From NCBI GenBank assembly GCA_047150005.1, contig AP038806.1, forward strand, positions 2,432,001 through 2,496,000: 64,000 nt of DNA, in the 5' to 3' direction. The stretch is from Nitrospira sp. (GTDB lineage Bacteria > Nitrospirota > Nitrospiria > Nitrospirales > Nitrospiraceae). Below the pieces are notes generated by a model, which saw only the letters and a program-made list of their open reading frames with translations, was not told where the DNA came from and made no database searches. This document shows, piece after piece, positions 9,406-19,374 of this stretch; positions within the stretch are counted from its first letter, which is position 1, and each line of letters starts with the position of its first letter. Position numbers and translations under genes: made by a program.

Positions 9406-10239
9406 ATGAGAATTAGAGGTAGGGTCATCACTCAGGGAACTCACGTAGCGGACGCAAAGGTGCGCATCTGGCTTGTCAAGAGATCAGATGCTGTAGAAGT
9501 TCCTGCGTTTGACGGGTGGTCGACCGATAACGGAACCTTTGAATGTACACAAGACATGATCGATAACATCGTTACAACTTCACGGAATTTCATTCATGTC
9601 AAATACTCAGTGGAGAAAAAGGGATATCGGTCGGTCTCGGATGTTGTGCCATTTGTTGATGTAGAAACGAATCTAGCCGACATAGAGTTCCCGCGGAGCA
9701 GCCTTCGGATTCGAGGCCGTGTTGTTTCAAACCGGCGACCGGTGTCAGCAGCTAAAATTATTGTTCGCATTGCTGAAGTCGAACGTGGTCGTATTCGTGC
9801 CGATCACAACGGACAATTCGAGCGAGATATCGAAGGACATTACGAAAGCCAACCGCTTGTTTGGACTGCCAGACGGCTCGGTTACATCAGAGCGACCGGA
9901 AATCTGGAAATTCGTTCAAACCAACTCGACTTCTTGGACATCGATCTTACCCCTCGTTGGTGGATGGGCCTCTGTCAGATTTGGAGGCTCGATCCTGAAG
10001 TCGTGCCCGGAGTGCTCCTGTCCGTCCTTTTCGGATTAATCTTCGTCGGTTGGTTGGTATTTCGTTGTCCCGATCCTACGGTGAAAGCACAAGACTTTAC
10101 CAAGGGCAGAGCAGATGACGCCGATCGTGGGGAGAAATTTCGGGGGTGCTTGTCCCGTTTTCCCGATAAATGCGGAACGGAAACAGATAGTGCGATCATT
10201 AAGTGCATGAAAGAGAAAGGATACCAGTACGCGAAGTGA
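9406..10239 (+). CDS. Bitopic membrane protein with two carboxypeptidase-regulatory-like beta-sandwich repeats
   Basis: Internal repeat 'MRIRGRVITQGTHVADAKVRI' / 'LRIRGRVVSNRRPVSAAKIIV'. One hydrophobic helix 'VLLSVLFGLIFVGWLVF' followed by a 4-Cys tail. Confidence 0.6.
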   Translation: MRIRGRVITQGTHVADAKVRIWLVKRSDAVEVPAFDGWSTDNGTFECTQDMIDNIVTTSRNFIHVKYSVEKKGYRSVSDVVPFVDVETNLADIEFPRSSLRIRGRVVSNRRPVSAAKIIVRIAEVERGRIRADHNGQFERDIEGHYESQPLVWTARRLGYIRATGNLEIRSNQLDFLDIDLTPRWWMGLCQIWRLDPEVVPGVLLSVLFGLIFVGWLVFRCPDPTVKAQDFTKGRADDADRGEKFRGCLSRFPDKCGTETDSAIIKCMKEKGYQYAK

Positions 10240-10292
10240 TGACAAGAATTTGTGACGCTGAATGTTGGCTCATACAGAGAAGGAATTAGCTC

Positions 10293-10916
10293 GTGGTCGA
10301 ACGAATTCTCTACTCGCTGATCCTTGTTGAATTGATCGTGATGATTGGGTGTACGCATCCTAAGGAAAGTGAAACCCGCAAAGATAGTCCAGAGTCTATG
10401 CCACCAGCACATGTTGCGCCCAAGGATACGCACAAAAAGGCACCCAAACAGCCGGATTCAGAAGTCTCAGAATGCAAAGAGTTGGTCAAGAACCTTAATA
10501 GTCCGCTTGCCATCGCTGTTAGGGTAGCGTTGGGGAAGTATTCTGGAACTGCTGTCCAAGCAGACGAAATGAAGAAGACCGACCGTATCTTCTATCGAGT
10601 ACTCGTACAGGGAGATTCAGGAAGACCGAAGTCTTTTGATGTTACACAAGAAACCATCGAAGGCGAAAAACTTGTAGAGCCTCCGTCGTCACCCGAATGC
10701 AAGTCTCTTTACGCGGTTAAACAACCAAGTATTGTAATTGCGATTCACCTCGCCCAAAAACATCTTAATGGTAGGGCACAAAATGCAGTCCTTATGGCAT
10801 ATGGCCAGAACGATATCTACTCGGTTGGAGTGACAGATTCGAGCGGACAGTCTCACAATGTTTTTGTGGATGCGGATGAGAAGAAAATCATCAAAGACGA
10901 ACTGATAACAAGATAA
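10293..10916 (+). CDS. Lipoprotein with two PepSY-like repeats
   Basis: Lipobox-like 'VMIGC'. Repeats 'SECK..IAVRVAL...YRVLV' / 'PECK..IAIHLAQ...YSVGV...VFVDA..KII'. Confidence 0.6.
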   Translation: MVERILYSLILVELIVMIGCTHPKESETRKDSPESMPPAHVAPKDTHKKAPKQPDSEVSECKELVKNLNSPLAIAVRVALGKYSGTAVQADEMKKTDRIFYRVLVQGDSGRPKSFDVTQETIEGEKLVEPPSSPECKSLYAVKQPSIVIAIHLAQKHLNGRAQNAVLMAYGQNDIYSVGVTDSSGQSHNVFVDADEKKIIKDELITR

Positions 10917-10991
10917 TCGCACTTCACCAGGCCCGGAACCCCCACGATGGTTCTTGGCGACTGGATAATATCCTCCAGAAGTTCTTCTCCA

Positions 10992-11810
10992 CTATTCTTT
11001 CCGTGTCAGGGGATAGCTTCCAACAGGCCCCACAAACGGCAGAGCGAGAATGCCACTGAGCGTCAGCCGTCGAGGATCGCGATACTGTTCCAGGCCCAAG
11101 GCCATGTCCGTATACCCGTCAAGGGGATTCTCCCGATAGGTCCCCAGAAGGCGGTCCCACCAAGGCAAATTAAACCCAAAATTCGAGTTCGTTTCTCGGG
11201 ACGACACTGAATGGTGTATTCGATGCATGTCCGGCGTGACGATGATCCAACGGAGCGTCCGATCAACCGCGATGGGCATCCAGATGTTGCTGTGATTGAA
11301 CAGAGACGTCGCGTTCAAGATGATTTCAAACAGGAGCACGGAGACCGGAGCCGGTCCCAACAAGACGACGACGCCGAGTTTGATGCCCATGGAGAGGGTG
11401 ACTTCGACAGGATGAAACCTGAGGCCGGTGGTGACATCGCAGTCCAAGTCTGCATGGTGCATCATATGGAAGCGCCAGAAGAGGGGCACGGCATGGAAGA
11501 CGACATGCTGGAGATACAGCGCGAAGTCCAATACGATGACGGCGAGCAGAATGTCCAGCCATGCCGGCCAACTCAGCTCATTCAGCAGCCCCCAATTTCG
11601 TTCGGCCGCGAGCATGGCCAAGCCGACCGCACCAGCCCCGAAGAGGAGGCGGACGGTCACCGAATCAAGGACAACGACTTAAAGGTTCGCGAACCAGCGC
11701 GACCCTCGTGGCGTGGACAGCCTCCGTCGGGGAGCAGCCCGTTCCCACAGGGCCATCAGGACGAGCATCCCGAGGAACGCCGACAGTCGGATGAGCACAT
11801 CACTGTTCAT
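10992..11810 (-). pseudogene. Sterol desaturase / fatty acid hydroxylase family gene with in-frame TAA at 11679-11681
   Basis: His boxes 'HVVFH', 'HMMHH', 'HRIHH'. Reading from ATG 11810 gives 'MNSDVLIRLSAFLGMLVLMALWERAAPRR...RWFANL*VVVLDSVTVRLL' in one frame. Confidence 0.85.
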
Positions 11811-11968
11811 GAGCGCCAGGTATACTTCGTGTCATGCGACAAGTCCATCGCGCCTTACGATTCATGCGGTACCATACCCTGAATGGGCGAATGCTGCAAA
11901 ATCGATCCCAATGCACGATGTGCTTTTTGAGATGGGACGGTCGCGTTCGTTGCTGCTATGAGGGGACT

Positions 11969-12469
11969 ATGCTAGGCTCAACCCCCATGACCATGAGGTG
12001 TCGCAGCGTCGCATGGTGTCGCGTGGCCATCCTCCTGTGGGCCTGCGCCTGGATGTTGGCGGTCCCCTTGTTTCACGTGCATCCGGACGCGGATCACCGA
12101 CACGGGGAAGCAGGGCACGTCCATGCCGGGACCGTCCACACGGTCCTGTCTCAAGATCTGGACTGCGAATCTGACCACCACGACCAAATCGGCGCGAACG
12201 GGGACGCTGCCCATGCGGGAACGACTCTGTCCGCGCACGTCTCGCACGGGGGCATCGGACATCCCGAGTTCGGCTTGTCGTTTCTGAATGACTCGAACGA
12301 TAAAAAAGCGTTCAAACCGTTTTTCGCGCCGGTACTTGCCGGCGCCTGCGCCGTCGTCATCGATCCTCATCAGCAGGAGAGGGAAGACCAGCTCGATTGT
12401 CTGGCGCCTGCTGTTCCGAGCGTGATCCGCGAGATCCCTTCCCGCGCCCCGCCTGGTTTCCTCATCTAA
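11969..12469 (+). CDS. His-rich exported/membrane protein with C-terminal RAPP motif, upstream of metal efflux genes
   Basis: RBS GAGGGG before ATG 11969. Hydrophobic segment, 'HVHPDADHRHGEAGHVHAGTVH', ends 'PSRAPPGFLI'. Confidence 0.75.
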   Translation: MLGSTPMTMRCRSVAWCRVAILLWACAWMLAVPLFHVHPDADHRHGEAGHVHAGTVHTVLSQDLDCESDHHDQIGANGDAAHAGTTLSAHVSHGGIGHPEFGLSFLNDSNDKKAFKPFFAPVLAGACAVVIDPHQQEREDQLDCLAPAVPSVIREIPSRAPPGFLI

Positions 12470-12573
12470 ATCCCTCAGTCCTTCGCACGGTACACAGCTG
12501 TCGCAGACACCTTGGGTGGAGGACTCGTGTTTCGCCATGAGACGCAAGGTGTGCGCAGGAAGGGAGGTCCCCG

Positions 12574-13833
12574 ATGAGGTGTCATGCACCCATATCGATC
12601 GTATTGGCAACTCTGGTGGTGAGCTTCAGTCAATCCGCTCCTACGGCCTGGGCGGACGAGGTTCGCTCCAGTCCCTATTCGCTGGAAGAAATCCTGGCTA
12701 TGGCGGTGGAGCGCAGCCCGATGCTGGCTGAAGCGCAAGGCGCAATGAAGGAAAGCCGTGGACAGCAGATTGCTGCCGGAGCTTATCCCAATCCGGTGCT
12801 CGAGGGCGGCGCCGGTAAAGGGTCGATTCGTGACCCCAGCACCGGCGTATCGATCATCGAACATACCATCACCGTCGGGCAGCCGATTGAATGGGCGCCC
12901 AAGCGGCAGGCTCGACAGGAGGCCGCGAACGCAGGAGTGGCAGGCGCCAGTGCCGGGCTGGAGGTGGCCAAGCTGAATCTGCTGACCGATGTCAAAGTCG
13001 CCTTCTACCAATTGCTGCTGGCCCAACGGGACGCGGAACTTGCGGCGCAGAACGTGGCAACGGTCGAAGAGGTCTTGCGTACTGCCAAGCTGCGAGTGGC
13101 TGCGGGGGAAGCGACGTCCTTCGATACGATGAAAGCCGGTGTCGAATTACAGAAGGCCCAGAAGGAGGTGGCGAGAGCGCGCAACGGTCTGCTGGTCGCC
13201 AAGTCACGACTGAATACGCTGACGGCAGGAGGCCTGGGGAAACAGTTTGCAATCGGGGGAGGTTTCCAATCCCTTCAGCAAGAGCTCAATGTGGATCAAC
13301 TTGTGGCCGAAGGGGTTGGACGCCATCCTGCCCTCCGGCGTCTGTCGAAACTGGCCGAGCAAGCCGAGCATACGGTGCAGTTCGAGCGAGAGTCCCGCAT
13401 CCCGAATATCAATGTCATGGGCCAATATCACCGTGAAGCCGGAGACGAATCCATCGTCGCCGGCCTGGTCATTCCAATTCCGGTCTGGTATCGACGCCAG
13501 GGAGAAATCGAGACAGCCTTGGGGGCCAAACATCGGGCGGTCGCCGAGCGAGCACGCGCGCAGAATGAGTTGGAACAGGCCATCATCCAACACGCGCAAG
13601 ACGTTCGGACGGCTCAAGACCAGCTCCGGGTCTTCGAAACAGGGTTGCTCAAGCAGGCCGAACACATTCTCACCATAGCCCGGACCAGCTTTCGGCAGGG
13701 CGCAGCCAGCCTGTTGGATCTGCTGGATGCACAACGGGTGTATCGGCAGACCTTGTATGAATACGCGCAGGTCAGTGCGGACCTGTCGATCGCGCTCGTC
13801 CGATTGGAACGCGACCTCGGAGCCCCGCTTTGA
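12574..13833 (+). CDS. czcC: TolC-family outer-membrane factor, CzcC-like
   Basis: 'AYPNP', 'IPIPVWYRRQGEI', 'SLLDLLDAQR'; first gene of an RND triplet. Confidence 0.85.
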   Translation: MRCHAPISIVLATLVVSFSQSAPTAWADEVRSSPYSLEEILAMAVERSPMLAEAQGAMKESRGQQIAAGAYPNPVLEGGAGKGSIRDPSTGVSIIEHTITVGQPIEWAPKRQARQEAANAGVAGASAGLEVAKLNLLTDVKVAFYQLLLAQRDAELAAQNVATVEEVLRTAKLRVAAGEATSFDTMKAGVELQKAQKEVARARNGLLVAKSRLNTLTAGGLGKQFAIGGGFQSLQQELNVDQLVAEGVGRHPALRRLSKLAEQAEHTVQFERESRIPNINVMGQYHREAGDESIVAGLVIPIPVWYRRQGEIETALGAKHRAVAERARAQNELEQAIIQHAQDVRTAQDQLRVFETGLLKQAEHILTIARTSFRQGAASLLDLLDAQRVYRQTLYEYAQVSADLSIALVRLERDLGAPL

Positions 13834-13873
13834 TCAGATATCGAAAGCAGATTCGGGAGACAGGAGAGATCCC

Positions 13874-15061
13874 ATGACACGACCATCAATCGTCATCAGA
13901 CTGAGCGTGCTCATCACGGTCCTGCTGACCGGCTGCGGTGATCGCGGAACCGATTCGTCTCCTCCATCCAAAATACCGCCGAAACCGGACGTGGCGCTTG
14001 CACGAGCCGTTCAAGCTCCCATTCAAGCCCCCTTGGCCGTCCGAGAGCGCGTAAAAACCGTCGTTGTGGCATTGCGCGCTGTGCCCGAGGTCATCACAGC
14101 GCCTGGCGAGGTTGCGCTGGATCTCAAGCACGTGGCCAAAATCACATCACGGATCGAAGGGCAGATTGAACAGATCCACATTCAGTTGGGCGACCGCGTG
14201 AAGAAGGGGCAGGCATTGGCGGCCATCGGGAGTCTGCAACTCGACCAATTGATTGAAGAATACCTGGTGTCGAAAGCCCAATCTGATGTGGCTGAGAACA
14301 ATTTACGCCGCACTGAAAAGCTGCGGGTGGACGATATCGTGCCCGAACGGAAACTCGTCGAAGACAAGGGGCGCTATCTCGAGACCACAGCCCGCTACCA
14401 GCATATTCGCGAGAAACTGCTCAACATGGGAGTCTCGAAGACGGAGCTGACGGAGCTGGAACGAGGCCGGCATGAAGAGAGCCATCGATATACCCTGACG
14501 TCGCCGATCAGCGGTACCATCGTCGAGCAAAATGCCGTCCGAGGCCAGGGTGTTGCGCCGGGAAACGAATTATTTCAAGTGGTCGATACCAGCCAGGTCT
14601 GGGTCTTCGCCAACCTGCCTATCGAGCTCGCCAGGAAGTTTAAGGAAGGCGATCAAGGCACCATTGTTCCGAAAGGCGGAGAAGCGGTCACAGCCCCGCT
14701 CACGTATATTGCTCCGGTGGCCGACGAAAAAACGCGGACGGTCAAAATCCGGTTCGACGTGCCGAATTGCGGTAGACGCTTCAAGCCGAACGAGTTCGTG
14801 GAAGTGTCATTTTCGCTGGAAGGCGCGCCGGCACTCGCCCTACCGACGTCCGCGCTGACGATGGTGGAGAAGACGAGGGGCGTGTTCGTGACACATGCGG
14901 ATGGCTTTGTCTTTACTCCGATCGAAACCGGCCGCGAGGCTGACCAGTGGATCGAGGTTAAGAAGGGCCTTCAGGCCGGCGCGGAGGTCGTATCCGACGG
15001 GGTATTCGATCTCAAGAATGTCCTATTGAAAGAGCATATCGAATCTGGCGAGGGGAACTGA
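13874..15061 (+). CDS. czcB: RND periplasmic adaptor, CzcB/CusB-like lipoprotein
   Basis: RBS AGGAGA; lipobox 'LLTGC'; 'GDRVKKGQAL', 'SPISGTIV', 'DEKTRTVKIR'. Confidence 0.85.
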   Translation: MTRPSIVIRLSVLITVLLTGCGDRGTDSSPPSKIPPKPDVALARAVQAPIQAPLAVRERVKTVVVALRAVPEVITAPGEVALDLKHVAKITSRIEGQIEQIHIQLGDRVKKGQALAAIGSLQLDQLIEEYLVSKAQSDVAENNLRRTEKLRVDDIVPERKLVEDKGRYLETTARYQHIREKLLNMGVSKTELTELERGRHEESHRYTLTSPISGTIVEQNAVRGQGVAPGNELFQVVDTSQVWVFANLPIELARKFKEGDQGTIVPKGGEAVTAPLTYIAPVADEKTRTVKIRFDVPNCGRRFKPNEFVEVSFSLEGAPALALPTSALTMVEKTRGVFVTHADGFVFTPIETGREADQWIEVKKGLQAGAEVVSDGVFDLKNVLLKEHIESGEGN

Positions 15062-15062
15062 C

Positions 15063-18000
15063 ATGGCGACCCTCCTCACTCTGTCGCTCCGGTATCGATT
15101 CTTCACGCTCGTCGCCATCATGTTGGCGATCGCCGGCGGCCTCTGGTCGCTCACCACGTTACCGATCGATGCCGTCCCCGATTTGACGCCCGTACAAGTA
15201 CAGGTCCTGACGCGGGCTCCGGCACTCGGTCCGGTCGAGGTGGAACAACTGGTCACATTTCCCATTGAAGCGGCGTTGAGCGGCTTGCCGGGTCTGCAAG
15301 AGTTACGTTCGATCTCACGGTACGGCCTGTCCGCCGTCACGGCGATCTTTGAAGATCAGGTCGAGATCTATCGTGCCAGACAGTTGGTCAGTGAACGATT
15401 GACCCGTGCCGTTGAACGTATTCCGCAGGAATACGGCCGCCCCCTGCTGGGGCCGCTCACGACAGGGCTCGGAGAAGTGTACATGTTCACGTTGAAGAGC
15501 CGACAGCTCGGGGCGATGGAACTGCGAACGATGCTCGAATGGGACATCGGCATGCGGCTGCGGGCCGTGCCGGGCGTCGTGGAAGTCAACATTTGGGGCG
15601 GTGAAGCGCAGCAATATCAGGTCATGGTCGATCCCGGAAAACTGTTGTCCTACAAGTTGTCTCTTTCCCGAGTGTTCGAGGCCCTGCAGCGAAACAACGC
15701 CATAGCAGGCGGAGGCTATATTGAGCATCTGCGCGAGCAGCTGCTCATTCGCGGAGAGGCACTGGCGACGAATCCCGAGGCCATTGCGAAGATCATTGTG
15801 GATCATGGACCAGGAGGCGTGCCGATTCGAATCGGCGATCTCGGGGAAGTGAAGGCGGGGCCGGCGCTCCGTATCGGCGCGGCCACAGTCGACGGCGAAG
15901 GCGAGACGGTCATCGGACTGGTCCAGATGCTGGCGGGCGAAAATGCCCAGCGCGTCGTCCAACGCGTCAAAGCGCGTGTGAGCGACATTCAAGCGACGCT
16001 ACCAGCCGGCGTGATGATCGAGCCCTATTACGATCGGACGCAATTCGTGTCGAAGGTCATCAGGACCGTGCGCAACAATCTACTGGAAGGCGGCGTGCTC
16101 GTCGTGGCCGTGTTGTTTTTGTTCTTGGGGAATCTCCGGGCCGGCCTGATTGTCGCAGCCGCGATCCCGCTTTCGATGTTGATCGCGTTTATCGGCATGG
16201 CTCAAGCCGGACTCTCCGGCAACTTGATGAGTTTGGGGGCGATCGACTTTGGGCTGCTTGTGGACGGGTCGGTGGTCATGATCGACAACATTCTTCGACG
16301 GCTGTCCACGGTTCGGGCCGCAACGTCGGAACAACGGACGGCCGCGATCCGATCCGCGGCAGGCGAGGTCCTGCGTCCGGTGACCTTTGCCGTCGGGATC
16401 ATCATTCTCGTGTATCTGCCGGTTCTGACGCTGACCGGCATCGAAGGCAAACTGTTCCGACCCATGGCCCTGACCGTGATCCTCGCGCTTGTGGGTTCCC
16501 TGATCATCGCGGTGACCGTGACCCCTGTGCTCGCTTCATGGTTCGTCCCGAGCGCCGAAGAACGAGAACCTCGCCTGACTCGGATGTTCCGGCTCGCGTA
16601 TCGTTCCGCTGTTCGCCGGGCAATCAGCCGTCCGCGGTGGGTGGTCCTCCCCGCTGCGGCGTTGTTTGTCGTGAGCCTTGTCGTCGGCTGGACCCTTGGG
16701 GTGGAATTCGTTCCACGTTTAGATGAAGGGGATTTGGCCATACAGGTCTGGCGGTTGCCGAGTGTTTCGCTGAGCGAATCGGTCGCGACGTCCCTTCAGA
16801 TCGAGAAAGTGCTCCGGCAGTTCCCGGAAGTCGTCACGGTCGTGACCCGAACCGGAAGTCCTGAAATCGCCACCGACGTGATGGGCATCGAACTGTCCGA
16901 CGTGTTCGTGATTCTGAAACCGCGGGACGAATGGTCGAGCGCCAGGACGAGAGAAGAGCTGATCGCGAACATGAAAGCGGCCATCGAGGGGAATGTGCCC
17001 GGAGTCGGTCTCGGGTTCACTCAGCCGATCGAAATGCGGTTCAATGAATTGATTGCCGGTTCACGGTCGGATCTGGCGATCAAGATTTTCGGTGACGATT
17101 TGGATCGGCTCAAACAGACGGCGGACGCGACGGCGCGGGCGATTGAAGCGGTGTCCGGCGCCGCAGATGTGAAAGTCGAGCAGATTGCCGGATTGCCGAT
17201 GCTCCGGGTCGTGGTCGATCGGGACCAAATCGCGCGATACGGATTTACGGCGGACGATGTTTTGGCCGTCGTCGAGACCACGCGCGCCGGACGTGTCGTC
17301 GGCATGGTCATTCAAGGGGTGCGGCGATTTGAGCTGGTGGTCCGGCTCCGAACAGGAGCGACGATCGATCCCAAAAGCATCGGTGCCGTCCTGTTGCCCA
17401 CCCCGGAAGGAGAGCTCGTCCCGCTGTCTCGGGTGGCCGAGATCACCATAGACAGCGGACCGGCTCAAGTCAGCCGGCAGGACGTGCAGCGTCGGATCAT
17501 GGTCGAAGCCAATATCAGGGGCCGGGATCTCGGCGGTTTTGTCGCCGAAGCTCAGCGGGTGGTGGCCGAACGGGTATCTCCCCCGACCGGGTACTATCTG
17601 GTCTGGGGCGGGCAGTTCGAGCATCTGCAGGACGCGGCGCGACGGTTGGCCGTCGTCGTCCCGATTACGCTGTTGCTGATTCTCAGCGTGCTGTCAGTGA
17701 TGTTCGGCGCCATGCGTCCTGCCTTGTTGATTTTTTTGAATGTGCCGCTGGCGTTATCCGGCGGGGTGCTGGCGCTCTGGATGCGGGGTCTTCCTCTGAG
17801 CATCTCCGCCGCCATCGGCTTCATCGCGCTCTTCGGGATCGCGGTCTTGAACGGCGTCGTGCTGATCAGTCATATCCGTCAACTCGAGGCTGAAGGCCGT
17901 TCGACCGAAGACGCGGTGATGGAAGGCTCGCTCGACCGACTGCGTCCCGTCCTCATGACGGCGCTGGTCGCCAGCCTGGGGTTTGTGCCCATGGCACTTG

Positions 18001-18128
18001 CGACGACGATGGGAGCTGAAGTACAGCGACCGCTGGCGACGGTCGTGATCGGGGGGCTGGTTACTTCGACCGCCTTAACCCTACTTGTGATCCCGGCTCT
18101 GTATACCAAAGTAGGTCGTCTCGGCTAG
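15063..18128 (+). CDS. czcA: Heavy-metal efflux RND permease, CzcA/CusA family
   Basis: 'LPIDAVPDLT..QVQV', 'NLMSLGAIDFGLLVDG', 'RLRPVLMTALVASLGFVPMA', 'EVQRPLATVVIGG'. Confidence 0.93.
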   Translation: MATLLTLSLRYRFFTLVAIMLAIAGGLWSLTTLPIDAVPDLTPVQVQVLTRAPALGPVEVEQLVTFPIEAALSGLPGLQELRSISRYGLSAVTAIFEDQVEIYRARQLVSERLTRAVERIPQEYGRPLLGPLTTGLGEVYMFTLKSRQLGAMELRTMLEWDIGMRLRAVPGVVEVNIWGGEAQQYQVMVDPGKLLSYKLSLSRVFEALQRNNAIAGGGYIEHLREQLLIRGEALATNPEAIAKIIVDHGPGGVPIRIGDLGEVKAGPALRIGAATVDGEGETVIGLVQMLAGENAQRVVQRVKARVSDIQATLPAGVMIEPYYDRTQFVSKVIRTVRNNLLEGGVLVVAVLFLFLGNLRAGLIVAAAIPLSMLIAFIGMAQAGLSGNLMSLGAIDFGLLVDGSVVMIDNILRRLSTVRAATSEQRTAAIRSAAGEVLRPVTFAVGIIILVYLPVLTLTGIEGKLFRPMALTVILALVGSLIIAVTVTPVLASWFVPSAEEREPRLTRMFRLAYRSAVRRAISRPRWVVLPAAALFVVSLVVGWTLGVEFVPRLDEGDLAIQVWRLPSVSLSESVATSLQIEKVLRQFPEVVTVVTRTGSPEIATDVMGIELSDVFVILKPRDEWSSARTREELIANMKAAIEGNVPGVGLGFTQPIEMRFNELIAGSRSDLAIKIFGDDLDRLKQTADATARAIEAVSGAADVKVEQIAGLPMLRVVVDRDQIARYGFTADDVLAVVETTRAGRVVGMVIQGVRRFELVVRLRTGATIDPKSIGAVLLPTPEGELVPLSRVAEITIDSGPAQVSRQDVQRRIMVEANIRGRDLGGFVAEAQRVVAERVSPPTGYYLVWGGQFEHLQDAARRLAVVVPITLLLILSVLSVMFGAMRPALLIFLNVPLALSGGVLALWMRGLPLSISAAIGFIALFGIAVLNGVVLISHIRQLEAEGRSTEDAVMEGSLDRLRPVLMTALVASLGFVPMALATTMGAEVQRPLATVVIGGLVTSTALTLLVIPALYTKVGRLG

Positions 18129-18189
18129 CCGCGCACGAAAGTGAGCGGTCAAACGCTCTACCACAATTGGATGCCGAAGGGAGCTTCTC

Positions 18190-18516
18190 ATGTCGATTCC
18201 CGTTTCTCTCGGACTTTTTGTTCTCGCGGGTTTGTGTGAAATCGGCGGCGGCTACTTGGTGTGGCTGGCGCTTCGAGAGGGCCGGCCGTGGGGATATGCC
18301 GTCGCTGGAGCCGCGATTCTCATCCTGTACGGCGTGATCCCGACCTTTCAACCGGCGCACTTTGGCCGTGTCTATGCCGCCTACGGCGGCTGGTTTATCG
18401 TGCTGTCGATCCTGTGGGGCTGGACGATCGACCACATTGGCCCAGATTTCTATGACATCGTCGGCGGATTGATTTGCCTGGTCGGTGTTGCCGTAATCAT
18501 GTATATGCCACGTTAA
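18190..18516 (+). CDS. ynfA: YnfA family small membrane protein
   Basis: '[13 protein letters not shown]', 'GRVYAAYGG'. Confidence 0.92.
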   Translation: MSIPVSLGLFVLAGLCEIGGGYLVWLALREGRPWGYAVAGAAILILYGVIPTFQPAHFGRVYAAYGGWFIVLSILWGWTIDHIGPDFYDIVGGLICLVGVAVIMYMPR

Positions 18517-18539
18517 ACGTGGTACGAGTCGTCGCTCTC

Positions 18540-18965
18540 CAGAGGGAGGTTATCTGCTACCAGGCCTCCGTAGTACCTTGCTTCCTGGTTTCTTGTGGGG
18601 TGAGATTGTGCGACTGGACACCTTGAGTGTTTCAGGTCGTGAGCTCGCCACGACAGGAATCGGGACGACGGACCAGCAGTGGCGATCAATGACGTAGGCT
18701 AGGAGCTGAGTATCACGTCCCGAGTCGTGGCAATGCGCGGACAAGACATCGTCGCGGATGGTCGTGATCGCACCAGCTTCGGGCCTGATAGATGTCGGGG
18801 GGACAGCTGGCGAGCCGGTTCGCGTGTCAGTGTATTGGGCGCGCGGTCCAACACGCGAGACACAGCGTGAAGGCTATATCCTACAGCGAGCATACGGCTT
18901 AACTCCTCGCGTTCCATGAGACTCAATCGGTGATACAACGTTTCCTTCACTGAACCGTTTTCAAT
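18540..18965 (-). mobile_element. Degraded IS30-family transposase fragment
   Basis: 'YHRLSLMEREEL..LAVGYSLHAVSRVLDRAPNTLTRE' resembles the IS30 N-terminal HTH. Downstream part is frameshifted and no DDE core is visible. Ends approximate. Confidence 0.7.
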
Positions 18966-19374
18966 CCTAGGCAGTATCTGTTTCGATCCATGTGGAACAC
19001 GCTTTGCCTCTGTTCCTTTCAAGTTCCTTGGTTGTCTAGACAGTAAGGACCGATGGGAAGCGCTTCGCCTTTGGCGCGAACTCTAACGCCCCGACCACCG
19101 TAAGCGCTCCCTCAAAAATAGACTGGTAAAAATGGGAATTGTCGGGCACAATGCCCCCCTTTCCATGGTGCTCCTGTTCATTGAGCCGGATATCCCTGAG
19201 AAAATGATTTTGTCAAGCCCCACGGAATCTTTCGGGATGAGTTGCTGAGCAGAGCATTGTCTTATCCACTGCACAAAGCTTAGGTACTCAGTGAACGCTG
19301 GTGTGGGCACTACACTCCCACCGCCCGCCGAGTGCGCTGTGGAGTTCTAGCTGATAGAGGATGGCACAGCTGTT

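Noticed and set aside
11679..11681. Recoding (Sec/Pyl or alternative code) at the in-frame stops here and at 26065
   Set aside because: Both are TAA, which terminates many intact genes in the window; mutation or assembly error is simpler.
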